Of a stretch of DNA of 64,000 nucleotides, positions 48,774 through 58,594 are shown piece after piece; the first letter of the stretch is position 1; each line of letters starts with the position of its first letter. The DNA lies in the NCBI GenBank assembly GCA_965223795.1, contig CBDCXL010000001.1, positions 1 through 64,000 of the forward strand. Direction: 5' to 3'. The stretch comes from Nitrospinales bacterium. Lineage in GTDB: Bacteria; Nitrospinota; Nitrospinia; Nitrospinales; VA-1. Below the pieces are notes generated by a model. The model worked only from the letters and a program-made list of their open reading frames with translations. It made no database searches and was not told the DNA's origin. The translations under genes were made by a program, and so were the position numbers.

Positions 48774-49225
48774 TGATACGCCCACACGACAGCATCATCG
48801 TACAGTCCTTAGGCCGCTTTCTCATCCCCATGGTGCAAATTTTCGGGTTGTATGTGTTGTTTTTTGGACAATACGGACCCGGCGGGGGCTTTGTCGGCGG
48901 GGTGATTCTGGGGACGGGAATGATCGTATCGGTCTTGATTTATGGCCATGATGCTTCCCGGTCTGAAGTTGCCAAAAAGGTGTTGCATGGTGACGGGGTC
49001 GGAATGCTGATCTACGCGGGAGTGGGAGGCCTGTGCATGATTGGGGGAGGGGAGTTTCTCAATTATGCGAACCTGGAAATTCCAGGTCTGGAAACGGCTG
49101 CGCGAAGGTCTTTGGGGATCGTGCTCACGCAAATCGGTGTGGCGGTGGATGTTGCGGTGACAGCGGTTTCTATTGTGTTCAGCCTGTCTGCTGAAGAGAT
49201 TATCGAGGATTCGATCAATGGTTGA
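48773..49225 (+). CDS. Mrp/Mnh subunit B
   Basis: GPGGGFVGG motif; ATG overlaps the upstream stop codon. Confidence 0.85.
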   Translation: MIRPHDSIIVQSLGRFLIPMVQIFGLYVLFFGQYGPGGGFVGGVILGTGMIVSVLIYGHDASRSEVAKKVLHGDGVGMLIYAGVGGLCMIGGGEFLNYANLEIPGLETAARRSLGIVLTQIGVAVDVAVTAVSIVFSLSAEEIIEDSING

Positions 49226-49595
49226 TGCTGTTATCGCGGTTTTTCAACGCCCCAATTTTTTGGCATTTGTCATTCTGTTTCTGTGGGGCTTTTACATCAT
49301 GGTCACGCGATACAATCTGGTGAAGAAACTCATCGGGATGTATCTGGTGCAAACAAGCGTGATATTTTTTCTGGTGACGATCAGTGCGAAGAAGGACGCG
49401 ACGGTTCCAGTGCTCGTGTCAACCACGGAGGCGGTGCAAGCGGCCAGTTACGTCAATCCGTTACCTCATGTATTGACGCTGACTGCCATTGTGGTCGGCG
49501 TGGCGACCACAGGCGTGGGATTGGCCCTGTGTGGGGCAATCTATCGGCAGTATGGAAGCCTTGACGAACAAGAAATTCTCGAAAAATTAGAATGA
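49218..49595 (+). CDS. Mrp/Mnh subunit C (NuoK-like)
   Basis: NLVKKLIG and NPLPHVLTLTAIVV. Confidence 0.9.
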   Translation: MVDAVIAVFQRPNFLAFVILFLWGFYIMVTRYNLVKKLIGMYLVQTSVIFFLVTISAKKDATVPVLVSTTEAVQAASYVNPLPHVLTLTAIVVGVATTGVGLALCGAIYRQYGSLDEQEILEKLE

Positions 49596-51061
49596 GTCAC
49601 CAACTTCCCGCAATCCTGTTCCTTCTCCCATTGTTTGCCGCTATTTCCATGCCGGTGGTTTGTCTGAAGCACCGACACTGGAGCCACCGAATTACTTTGG
49701 TGACTCTTGCGGCCATGGTTCCGGTCTCCATTTTGAACCTGCATAACGTCGTTCATCATGGAGAAGTGCGGTATGTATTTGGGGGGTGGGCTGTGCCCCT
49801 GGGCATCGAGTGGGTGGCCGATGGACTGGCAAGTGTCATGTTGGTGTTATTGAGTGCCTTGTGTCTGCTGGGCGTGGTGTTTGCCGGGCCCACTTCCCCA
49901 AAGGATCTGGGTGGCCGAATCGTTCATTTTTACACGCTGGTTTTGTTGCTGGTGTCCTCCCTGGCCGGCATCGTGTTCGCGGGCGATTTTTTCAACCTGT
50001 TCGTGTTTTTAGAAGTCGCGGCCATCTCGAGTTACGCGCTCATTGGTGTCGCCGGAGGGAGAGCGTTATTCGCAGCGTTTCGCTATCTGATTTTAGGAAC
50101 CCTCGGCGCTTCCCTATATCTTTTAGGGGTGAGTTATCTCTATGCGGTCAGCGGCACACTGAATATGGCCGATATGGTTGAGAAACTTCCCTTGTTGCTG
50201 CACTCTAAAGCTCTGGTGGGTGGGCTGCTTTTTATGTTCATTGGCCTGGGGATCAAGATGGCCCTGGTTCCATTTCATTCCTGGCTGCCCGAGTCTTATA
50301 CCAATGCTCCCGATTCCGTTTCCCCTATCCTGGCTTCACTCGTCACCAAAGTGGCGCTGGTGGCGTGGGTCAGAATCATCTATTGGGTCTTCAATACATC
50401 CATTGCCATTAACGATATCCCGATATTGCTGCTGGTGGAAGTTGTGGGAGCATTGGCGGCAGTGATAGGGGCGAGTCTGGCCCTGGCCCAGCGGGAAATT
50501 AAAATGATGTTCGCTTATGGGGGGATTTCGCACATCGGCATCATTCTCATTGGAATCGGTCAAGGCAACCAAACCGGATTTGTCGGAGGAATTTTTTATT
50601 TGTTGAACGATGCCGTTATGCAAGCGGCCCTGTTTTTTTTAGCAGGCGTGGCGTTTTGTCAGTATGGAGTCAGAACCATTGAAGACATGGGGCGCGTCGG
50701 GAAACAAGTCCCCTGGATCACGGGTTCTTTGATTGTCATGGCCCTGGGCATGATCGGCCTGCCTCCGACGGGTGGATTTTTTGGCAAGTGGTACATCATA
50801 CTTGGAGCGTTGGAAGCGGGCAATTATATTTCGGTTGCCGCGGTGTTGCTCTCCACGCTCTTGACGCTGGCCTATTTCGTCAAGTTGTTTGAGAGCATAT
50901 TCCGCCAAAAAACGACACGGTTGGTCGATCCGTCCGGTGAAATTCCCCTCTCCTTTAAACTGAACCTGGGAGTCACCTCCGCAGCGATCGTGATTCTCGG
51001 TTTGTTCAGTTCTCCCATCATTCAAATGCTGTTGAGCCAAGCTCTGCCACCCCGTCTTTGA
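49592..51061 (+). CDS. MrpD-like antiporter subunit
   Basis: GGW..PLGIE, DFFNLFVFLEV, K.AL.PFH.WLP, GLPPTGGFFGKW. Confidence 0.9.
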   Translation: MSHQLPAILFLLPLFAAISMPVVCLKHRHWSHRITLVTLAAMVPVSILNLHNVVHHGEVRYVFGGWAVPLGIEWVADGLASVMLVLLSALCLLGVVFAGPTSPKDLGGRIVHFYTLVLLLVSSLAGIVFAGDFFNLFVFLEVAAISSYALIGVAGGRALFAAFRYLILGTLGASLYLLGVSYLYAVSGTLNMADMVEKLPLLLHSKALVGGLLFMFIGLGIKMALVPFHSWLPESYTNAPDSVSPILASLVTKVALVAWVRIIYWVFNTSIAINDIPILLLVEVVGALAAVIGASLALAQREIKMMFAYGGISHIGIILIGIGQGNQTGFVGGIFYLLNDAVMQAALFFLAGVAFCQYGVRTIEDMGRVGKQVPWITGSLIVMALGMIGLPPTGGFFGKWYIILGALEAGNYISVAAVLLSTLLTLAYFVKLFESIFRQKTTRLVDPSGEIPLSFKLNLGVTSAAIVILGLFSSPIIQMLLSQALPPRL

Positions 51062-51069
51062 GGGAAACG

Positions 51070-53172
51070 ATGGCCATTTTTTCCCTCATACCGTTGCTTC
51101 CCCTGCTGGCGTCTCTCATTCTTCTGCTCGGGGGACGTCGTTGGGGTGAAAACAGTCACCTGATCGGGATTCCTGCCATCGGTTTGTCCTTCGGATTGTC
51201 GGTTGCCGCTTTCATTGAAGTCTGGAGACATGGACCCTTTACGCTTTCACTATATCGCCTTTTTAAATCGGGTTCCCTGTCCATCGATTTGACTCTGTAC
51301 GTTGACCAGCTGACGGTTTTGCTTTTGCTGCTGGTCACAGGAGTGAGCGGGGTGGTGCATGTGTATTCCTCCCGTTACATGATAGGAGAGTCCCGATACA
51401 ACCGTTTCTTCGCCGTCATTGCCTTGTTTACGTTTTCCATGATTATGCTGGTCATGAGCGGCAATCTTTTGATTCTGCTGATCAGCTGGGAAGTCATGGG
51501 GATCTGTTCCTATCTGTTGATTTCTCATGCCGCAGATCGGCCTTCGGCTTGCCGGGCAGCCACAAAAGCGTTTCTCGTCAACGCAATCGCGGATGTCGGT
51601 TTGAGTTTTGGCATCATTCTGACCTTTTATACCTTCGGCACACTCGATATCCCGGCCATTCTGGCGCAGGCTGAAGGCATGCAGGACCACACCATCCATA
51701 TTTTGGGGTGGATGGGCCTGGATCTTCATATCTATCCCGTGACGCTGATTCCCTTTTTCCTCTTTATCGGGGCCATGGGGAAATCGGCACAAATTCCGTT
51801 CCACGTGTGGCTGCCCTTTGCGATGGAAGCGCCGACTCCGGTCTCGGCATTGATTCATGCGGCCACGATGGTGAATGCGGGTCCTTTTTTGCTGGTGCGG
51901 TTGAGCCCGTTGATCGTCCTTTCACCGTACGCCATGATGTTTATTTTCATTATTGGCGCCACGACCGCGGTCTTTGCCGGCATCGTTTCCTTGACGCAAT
52001 CGGACATCAAAAAGATTTTGGCCTATTCCACGATCAGTCAAATCGGGTTCATGGTCATGGCCTGTGGTTTGGGCGCGTTTGCAGTGGCGATCTTCCATCT
52101 TCTTGCCCACGGCTGCTACAAAGCGTTCTTTTTCCTGTCTACCGGCAATGCGTTGCGATCGGTCGAACAGAACCTTGAGCATGGTGACCATGAACCCCGT
52201 GTGGCTAAGGGCATGGGGAGCCTGTATGGCGGGGCCTTGCTATTGGCGCTGATCCCGCCATTCGTGCTGTTTTCCGGACCCTATGAATATTTGTGGGGCG
52301 TCACCGGGTTTGCTTCTGCCACGATCGGATTTAAAATCATTGGCTTGATCACGGTGTTTGTGGCTTCTCAATATTTATTTAAGGGCGTCACTTCGCTGTT
52401 TGTTCAGGGGCCCAAAACGTACTGGCCTGTTTCAGGACAGCCTGGTTTGGAGACGCAATCTGTCCGGCCACAGTTTTTAAATGGTTCCATTTTAATAGGA
52501 CTTTTTCTGGCTACAGTTGTTACCGGGGGGCTGTTGACGCTGTTTTGGAGTTGGTTCGCTGACTTTCTCGCTCCCGCGTTTACCTTTCAAGGGGGCATGT
52601 CGGGCGAAGGCGCCGTTGGGCAGGGCTTTCCTGTCTGGCTTGGGGTTTCACTTTTTATGGCAGTGGCGGGGTGGGCCTATGCCTACTCAACACAGATCCG
52701 GTCTCAACATGGAGTCTCAAGAGCAAATAAAATAAGCAGCCGATTGTATGTCCTCTTCTGGAATAAAGGATACTTTGATGAGATCTATGATGTCTATCTG
52801 GTGACCCCAACCATCCGATTCGCACACTGGTTGTGGCGGATTATTGATATTGGAGTTATCGATCGATTCGTCCATACTATCGCAAATTACTCTGTGTATT
52901 TTGCCGGGTGGTTGTGGCGAATTTTTGACTTGAGAATCATCGATCGATTCGTTCATTTTATCGCTAATTTTTCTGTGTTCATTTCCAGGCGATTGTGGCG
53001 AATCGTGGATATCGGCTGGTTGGAGCGGAAAGTGGGACATGCAGCCAGGCAAGCGAATACTGCGGGTCAATTGATGCAGGAGATGGAATCCCGTACCATT
53101 CAACATCAGATCTTGGTGATGATATTCTGGCTGGTGGCGATGACGGGCCTCTTGTATATTTTGGTCCAATGA
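51070..53172 (+). CDS. NuoL/MrpA/DabB-like antiporter subunit with extended C-terminal helix
   Basis: WEVMG..SYLLI, GKSAQIPFHVWLP.AMEAPTPVSALIHAATMV, DIKKILAYST, NKGYFDEIY. Confidence 0.9.
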   Translation: MAIFSLIPLLPLLASLILLLGGRRWGENSHLIGIPAIGLSFGLSVAAFIEVWRHGPFTLSLYRLFKSGSLSIDLTLYVDQLTVLLLLLVTGVSGVVHVYSSRYMIGESRYNRFFAVIALFTFSMIMLVMSGNLLILLISWEVMGICSYLLISHAADRPSACRAATKAFLVNAIADVGLSFGIILTFYTFGTLDIPAILAQAEGMQDHTIHILGWMGLDLHIYPVTLIPFFLFIGAMGKSAQIPFHVWLPFAMEAPTPVSALIHAATMVNAGPFLLVRLSPLIVLSPYAMMFIFIIGATTAVFAGIVSLTQSDIKKILAYSTISQIGFMVMACGLGAFAVAIFHLLAHGCYKAFFFLSTGNALRSVEQNLEHGDHEPRVAKGMGSLYGGALLLALIPPFVLFSGPYEYLWGVTGFASATIGFKIIGLITVFVASQYLFKGVTSLFVQGPKTYWPVSGQPGLETQSVRPQFLNGSILIGLFLATVVTGGLLTLFWSWFADFLAPAFTFQGGMSGEGAVGQGFPVWLGVSLFMAVAGWAYAYSTQIRSQHGVSRANKISSRLYVLFWNKGYFDEIYDVYLVTPTIRFAHWLWRIIDIGVIDRFVHTIANYSVYFAGWLWRIFDLRIIDRFVHFIANFSVFISRRLWRIVDIGWLERKVGHAARQANTAGQLMQEMESRTIQHQILVMIFWLVAMTGLLYILVQ
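52819..53061 (+). repeat. 81-bp (27-aa) coding tandem repeat, about 3 units
   Basis: FAHWLWRIIDIGVIDRFVHTIANYSVY / FAGWLWRIFDLRIIDRFVHFIANFSVF / ISRRLWRIVDIGWLERKV..., starting at 52819, 52900 and 52981. Confidence 0.9.
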
Positions 53173-53288
53173 ATTTTCAATGTGAGCCTCTATTAAAACA
53201 AGGGTCTTGCTAATAGCCTGGATGAACTTTCTTAAGCTCTCTTGAATAGCGAGGTTTTTGCTTTTTTCGCAGGAAAGGAATTTCTTTG

Positions 53289-54797
53289 ATGACTCTATTG
53301 ATGGATCATCTGATCAGTTGGATGATCGCTGTTCCCATTTTGGGGATCGTCAGTCTGGCATTTGTGCGTGGTGAAGGAGCGATCCGACGCATCGCCTTTG
53401 GCTTCGCACTGGTGGAGTTTTTCCTTTCGCTGGTACTCTGGAAGAATTTTGATTTCACCAAAAATAGCATGCAGTTCGTTGAGCGTGTGGAATGGATGCC
53501 CACGTTCAACATTCAGTATGCGGTGGGTGTCGATGGCATCAGCATTCTCATGGTATTGCTCACAACCCTTCTCTGCCCACTCTGTGTTCTTTGTTCGTGG
53601 ACGGGAATCACAACACGCGTGCGAGCGTATCTCTCGCTGATCCTGCTGGTTGAAAGCGCCATGATTGTGGTTTTTACGGCTTTGGATCTTTTCCTGTTTT
53701 TCATGTTGTGGGAAGTCACCATGATTCCCATGTATTTCATGATCATTCTCTGGGGAGGGCCGAATCGTATTGCCGCCGGGCTTAAATTCGTCTTGTACAG
53801 TCTGACAGGAAGCCTGCTGCTGCTGGTGGGAATACTGGGTACTTATCTTAAAGGCGGACATACCTACGATCTGCTGGTGCTGACCGAACAAACCTATTCT
53901 TCCAGCACGCAATTCTGGTTATTCCTGGTGTTCTTTCTGGCTTTCGCAATCAAAATGCCCATGGTCCCCTTTCATACGTGGCTCCCCGACGCGCACTCCG
54001 AAGCTCCGACGGCTGGCAGTGTGATCCTGGCCGGGGTGCTGTTGAAAATGGGCGGATACGGGTTTTTGCGTTTTTGTTTGCCGATGTTTCCAGAGGCGTC
54101 GATGAAGTTCGCCCCCTATATTTTGTGGTTGTCTGTTTTGGCCATTGTCTATGGCGGGTATGTTGCCCTGGCGCAGACAGATCTTAAAAAGCTCGTGGCC
54201 TATTCTTCCGTTTCCCATATGGGTTTTGTCACTCTCGGAATTTTTGTGTTCAACAGCCAGGGGATCCAGGGGGCCGTCCTGCAAATGTTCAATCACGGGA
54301 TCACGACGGCGGCCTTATTCATCGCTGTCGGGCAATTGTACGACCGCACTCACAGCCGGGCCATTTCCGACTACGGCGGCTTGCATAAATCCATGCCAAG
54401 ATTCGTTGCCTTGTTCTTCCTGTTCTCCGTCGCCGCCTTCGGACTGCCAGGCACGTGCAATTTCATCGGCGAATTTTTAGTCCTGGTGGGAACTTCCTAT
54501 GTCAGCTTGACCATGGTTCTTATCTCTCTGGGCGGTATCATTCTGGCAGCCGCGTATATGTTGTGGATGCTGCAAAGGGTGGTGTTGGGAAAGCCATCGA
54601 CGGAAGCCGCCAGAATGATCCCGGATTTGTCGAACCGGGAATTGGCCACGCTCATTCCACTGGCTATCCTCGTATTGAGCATTGGACTGTATCCCGGGCC
54701 CTTAATGGAGATGATGGATGCGAGTGTGATTCACCTCATCGAAAAAACCACAGGGTTGCAGGGTGCCGCAGTGCCTCAACTTCAGCCTGGGCCCTGA
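53289..54797 (+). CDS. NuoM-like antiporter subunit
   Basis: GVDGIS, WEVTMIPMYF, K.PM.PFHTWLPDAH.EAPT, LLKMGGYG, GLPGT.NF.GEF. Confidence 0.92.
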   Translation: MTLLMDHLISWMIAVPILGIVSLAFVRGEGAIRRIAFGFALVEFFLSLVLWKNFDFTKNSMQFVERVEWMPTFNIQYAVGVDGISILMVLLTTLLCPLCVLCSWTGITTRVRAYLSLILLVESAMIVVFTALDLFLFFMLWEVTMIPMYFMIILWGGPNRIAAGLKFVLYSLTGSLLLLVGILGTYLKGGHTYDLLVLTEQTYSSSTQFWLFLVFFLAFAIKMPMVPFHTWLPDAHSEAPTAGSVILAGVLLKMGGYGFLRFCLPMFPEASMKFAPYILWLSVLAIVYGGYVALAQTDLKKLVAYSSVSHMGFVTLGIFVFNSQGIQGAVLQMFNHGITTAALFIAVGQLYDRTHSRAISDYGGLHKSMPRFVALFFLFSVAAFGLPGTCNFIGEFLVLVGTSYVSLTMVLISLGGIILAAAYMLWMLQRVVLGKPSTEAARMIPDLSNRELATLIPLAILVLSIGLYPGPLMEMMDASVIHLIEKTTGLQGAAVPQLQPGP

Positions 54798-54855
54798 TCA
54801 AAACTGTATCCCCGGCAGGAGCCGCACCGCCGTCATCCTGACGGCTCACATCCTC

Positions 54856-55662
54856 CTATAAAAAACTCAGGATCACGACCGCCAGCAGGATGCGGTAGAC
54901 GATGAAAGGCAGCAGGCCGACGCGGGCGACGATTTTGAGCAGCAGCTTGATGGAAATGAGGCCGACGAGGAAACTCACCAGAAAGCCGATGCCGAGCTGG
55001 GTGTTGTTGTAAACGACATGCTCGTCCGGGTGAGCCAGCCAGGATGCGAGAGAATGCAGACCCGCCGCCATGATGATGGGAGTCCCCAGTAAAAACGAGA
55101 AGCGCGCGGCGGCGGTGTGGCTGAGGTTGGTGAACAGTCCGGCGGCGATGGTGATTCCCGAGCGTGAGGTGCCGGGCAACAGCGCCACCGCCTGGGCGAC
55201 GCCCACCAGCATCACTTGTCCCAAAGTCATGGACTTCATGGCGATGCCTTCCTGCTTGCGCTTCGCCGCATAGCGGTCGGCGATCAGGAACACCACCGAC
55301 CAGACGATCAGGTTGACGGCGACGAAGTCCGTGCTGCGCAGGTTCGCCTCGATCGCATCCTTGCCGAACAGGCCCACGAGGCCCGCGGGCACCGACGCGA
55401 GCAGGATGCTGAAGGCGATCCTGCGGTCGTCCGGGTCGGCGTTTTTGTCGAACAGGCTGAAGAACAGTCTGGAAAGGTCGGCGCGGAAGTAGATGAGGAT
55501 CGCCAGCAGGGTCCCCAGATGCAGGATGGCGTCGAGGGCCAGGCCCTGGTCCTGAAAGTCGAACACGAGGGGAGTGAGGATCAGGTGGCCCGAGCTGGAT
55601 ACGGGGAGAAACTCCGTGATCCCCTGGATGATGCTCAGAATGATGATCTGAATGGTTTCCAA
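54856..55662 (-). CDS. uppP: Undecaprenyl-diphosphate phosphatase
   Basis: QGITEFLPVSSSGHL, PGTSRSG.TI, ARFSFLL; TTG start inferred. Confidence 0.93.
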   Translation of the reverse strand: METIQIIILSIIQGITEFLPVSSSGHLILTPLVFDFQDQGLALDAILHLGTLLAILIYFRADLSRLFFSLFDKNADPDDRRIAFSILLASVPAGLVGLFGKDAIEANLRSTDFVAVNLIVWSVVFLIADRYAAKRKQEGIAMKSMTLGQVMLVGVAQAVALLPGTSRSGITIAAGLFTNLSHTAAARFSFLLGTPIIMAAGLHSLASWLAHPDEHVVYNNTQLGIGFLVSFLVGLISIKLLLKIVARVGLLPFIVYRILLAVVILSFL

Positions 55663-55975
55663 TGTGTGCGCAGGAATGCAGAAGTGAAAAGAAAAGCAGC
55701 GGGAATTATACGGTTTCCTTTTTGTCAGGTACACCGTTATTTCGGATTTCCGACAATTGAGCCGCAGTTGCCGGTGCCTGGAAAGTGTGCTATGTTAACG
55801 CTTCAACCGGCCGGAGGGCGTAAAATTAAGGATTTACCTTCCTTTGAACCCGGGATTGACTCTGGCTGGAATGCGATTGGCCAACCCGAATTCATATCCG
55901 ACAGGACATCCGCTACCCGGCACCCGGTTCGAGGCGGGATCGTCCCGCTGTTTCCATCGATCGAGTTATCGTACT

Positions 55976-57142
55976 ATGAGGCATTTCCCAAGAATCGACC
56001 GGCTGCCGCCGTATGTGTTCGCGATTGTCAATGATCTCAAGCTGAAGGCGCGCCGCAAGGGAGACGACATCATCGATTTCGGGATGGGCAATCCCGACAT
56101 GCCGACGCCCAAGCACATCGTCGACAAACTGTGCGAGGCGGCGCGCAAGCCGCCCAACCACCGCTACTCGCTGTCGCGCGGCATCTACAAGCTCAGGCTG
56201 GCGATCACCGACTGGTACAAGCGCAATTTCGACGTCGAGCTGGACCCGGATACCGAGGCCATCGCCACCATCGGGTCCAAGGAGGGGATCTCGCACCTGG
56301 CGCTGGCGATCATCGGGCCGGGGGATTCGGTGATGGTGCCGACGCCCACCTATCCCATCCACACCTACGCGTTCATTCTGGCGAACGGCGACGTGATCCA
56401 GGTGCCGATGGGCAAGGACGTGGACTTCTTCCAGGCGCTTTTGGACACGTTCAAGCGCAACTGGCCGCGGCCGAAAGCGCTGGTGCTCAATTTTCCGCAC
56501 AACCCGACCACCGAAGTGGTGGACCTGGAATTTTTCGAAAAGACCGTGGCCTTCGCCAAGGAACACGAACTGATCGTGATCCACGACTTCGCCTACGCGG
56601 ATCTCACGTTCGACGGTTACCGGGCGCCAAGCCTGCTGCAGGTGCCGGGCGCCAAGGATGTGGGCGTCGAGTTCTTCACGTTGTCGAAAAGCTACAATAT
56701 GCCGGGATGGCGGGTCGGCTTTGTGGTGGGAAACAAGGAGATCGTGCACGCGCTCAGCCGGGTGAAGAGTTATCAGGATTACGGCATGTTCCAGCCGATC
56801 CAGATCGCCGGCATCATTGCCCTGAACGGGCCGCGCGAATGCGTCGAGGAGATCCGGCAGACTTACCTGAGCCGGCGCAACGTGCTGTGCGAAGGGCTCA
56901 ACCGCATCGGCTGGTCCGTCGAGCCGCCCAAGGCCACGATGTTCGTGTGGGGCGAGATCCCGGACAAGTACAAGCCGATGGGATCTCTGGAATTCTCAAA
57001 AATGATGATCGAAAAAGCCAAGGTCGCGGTTTCACCCGGCATCGGTTTCGGCGAGGGCGGCGATCATTTCGTGCGCTTTTCCCTGGTGGAGAACGAGCAC
57101 CGCATTCGCCAGGCGGTGCGCGGCATTCGGGAAATCATGTGA
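55976..57142 (+). CDS. Class I/II PLP aminotransferase, AlaC-like
   Basis: [44 protein letters not shown]. Confidence 0.85.
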   Translation: MRHFPRIDRLPPYVFAIVNDLKLKARRKGDDIIDFGMGNPDMPTPKHIVDKLCEAARKPPNHRYSLSRGIYKLRLAITDWYKRNFDVELDPDTEAIATIGSKEGISHLALAIIGPGDSVMVPTPTYPIHTYAFILANGDVIQVPMGKDVDFFQALLDTFKRNWPRPKALVLNFPHNPTTEVVDLEFFEKTVAFAKEHELIVIHDFAYADLTFDGYRAPSLLQVPGAKDVGVEFFTLSKSYNMPGWRVGFVVGNKEIVHALSRVKSYQDYGMFQPIQIAGIIALNGPRECVEEIRQTYLSRRNVLCEGLNRIGWSVEPPKATMFVWGEIPDKYKPMGSLEFSKMMIEKAKVAVSPGIGFGEGGDHFVRFSLVENEHRIRQAVRGIREIM

Positions 57143-57260
57143 AGCTTTTTCATCTGCAGGAACGATTCAGGGTATGAAAACAATTTTTGCACGTCATGCA
57201 GAAACGCAACCGTGATATGAAAACCATTTTTTGTGCGGCATTGAGAGCCCGCAGCGTTTT

Positions 57261-58565
57261 ATGAAAACAATACAAATCGGCCTGATCGGTTACGGCACCA
57301 TCGGCGCCGGTGTCGTCAAGATCCTCTCCGACAGCGCGGCGCTCATCGAGCAGAGGCTGGGGGTGAAGGTGCGCGTGGCCAAGATCGCGGATCTCGACAT
57401 CGAGACCGACCGCGGCGTGAAGCTGGAACCCGGCTGTCTGACCACGGATGTGAACGACGTCCTGGAGCATCCGGACATTTCGATGGTCGTCGAACTGATC
57501 GGCGGCTACGAACCGGCGCGCACGTTTCTGCTCAAAGCCATCGACAGCGGCAAGCACGCGGTCACGGCCAACAAGGCGCTTCTGGCCAAGCACGGCGATG
57601 AAATTTTCGCGGCGGTGGACGCCAAAGGCGTGTCGCTCGGGTTCGAGGGCGCGGTGGGCGGCGCCATCCCCATCATCCGCTCGATCCGCGAGGCCTTCGT
57701 CGCCAACCAGTTCTGCGCGGTGGAGGGCATCGTCAACGGGACGGCGAATTACATCCTGAGCAAAATGTCGGACGAGGGCTGCGACTTTCAGACGGCCTTG
57801 AAGGAAGCGCAGGAAAAGGGTTTCGCGGAAGCCGACCCGACCTTCGACATCGAGGGGATCGATTCGGCGCACAAGATCGCCATCCTCACCCGGCTGGCCT
57901 ACGGCACGCCCATCGACTGCGACCGCATCCCGGTGCAGGGCATCTCCAACATCCAGCCCGCGGATATCGACTGCGCGCGCGAGTTCGGCTACCGGATCAA
58001 GCTGCTCGCCATTTCCAAATTCGACGGCGCTTCGATCGACGTCCGGGTGCATCCGGTGATGATTCCCGCGAAAAATCCGATGGCCAACGTCAACGGGGTG
58101 TTGAACGCGATCCGGGTACAGGATAATCTGATGGACGAAAACATCCTCATCGGTCACGGCGCCGGGTCGCTGCCCACCGGCAGCGCGGTGGTCGGAGACA
58201 TCATCGAGATCGTCCGCAACAGCCTGGCGGGGGAGGGGACGCGTGTGCCGGCGCAGTCGTTCCAGCATTCCGGGATGCGGACGATTCCGCTGAAGGACAT
58301 GAACGACATCGAGGGGGAATATTTTTTACGGTTCGACGTACAGGATTCACCGGGTGTGCTTTCCAAGATCGCGGGCATACTCGGAGACCACGGCATCAGC
58401 ATCGAGTCGGTCATTCAGCGCAGGCGCGACCTGCACGGCAACGGTGTGCCTTTGATCATGATGTCGCACCGCGCCAGCGAGAAAAACGTGCGCGACGCGC
58501 TGACCGAGATCGACCGTCTTGACGTGGTGTGCGAGCCTTCGCACCTGATTCGAGTGGAAAACTGA
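57261..58565 (+). CDS. hom: Homoserine dehydrogenase with ACT domain
   Basis: GYGTIG, VTANKA, GI.NGT.NYIL, G.AEADPT.D, GAG..PT, D.PGVL. Confidence 0.95.
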   Translation: MKTIQIGLIGYGTIGAGVVKILSDSAALIEQRLGVKVRVAKIADLDIETDRGVKLEPGCLTTDVNDVLEHPDISMVVELIGGYEPARTFLLKAIDSGKHAVTANKALLAKHGDEIFAAVDAKGVSLGFEGAVGGAIPIIRSIREAFVANQFCAVEGIVNGTANYILSKMSDEGCDFQTALKEAQEKGFAEADPTFDIEGIDSAHKIAILTRLAYGTPIDCDRIPVQGISNIQPADIDCAREFGYRIKLLAISKFDGASIDVRVHPVMIPAKNPMANVNGVLNAIRVQDNLMDENILIGHGAGSLPTGSAVVGDIIEIVRNSLAGEGTRVPAQSFQHSGMRTIPLKDMNDIEGEYFLRFDVQDSPGVLSKIAGILGDHGISIESVIQRRRDLHGNGVPLIMMSHRASEKNVRDALTEIDRLDVVCEPSHLIRVEN

Positions 58566-58594
58566 AACGCACCTGGATTCATTGAGAAACGATC

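Noticed and set aside
51070..54797. Respiratory complex I (nuo) operon
   Set aside because: No nuoA-K or nuoH and no Fe-S subunits. The context is DabA plus Mrp subunits.
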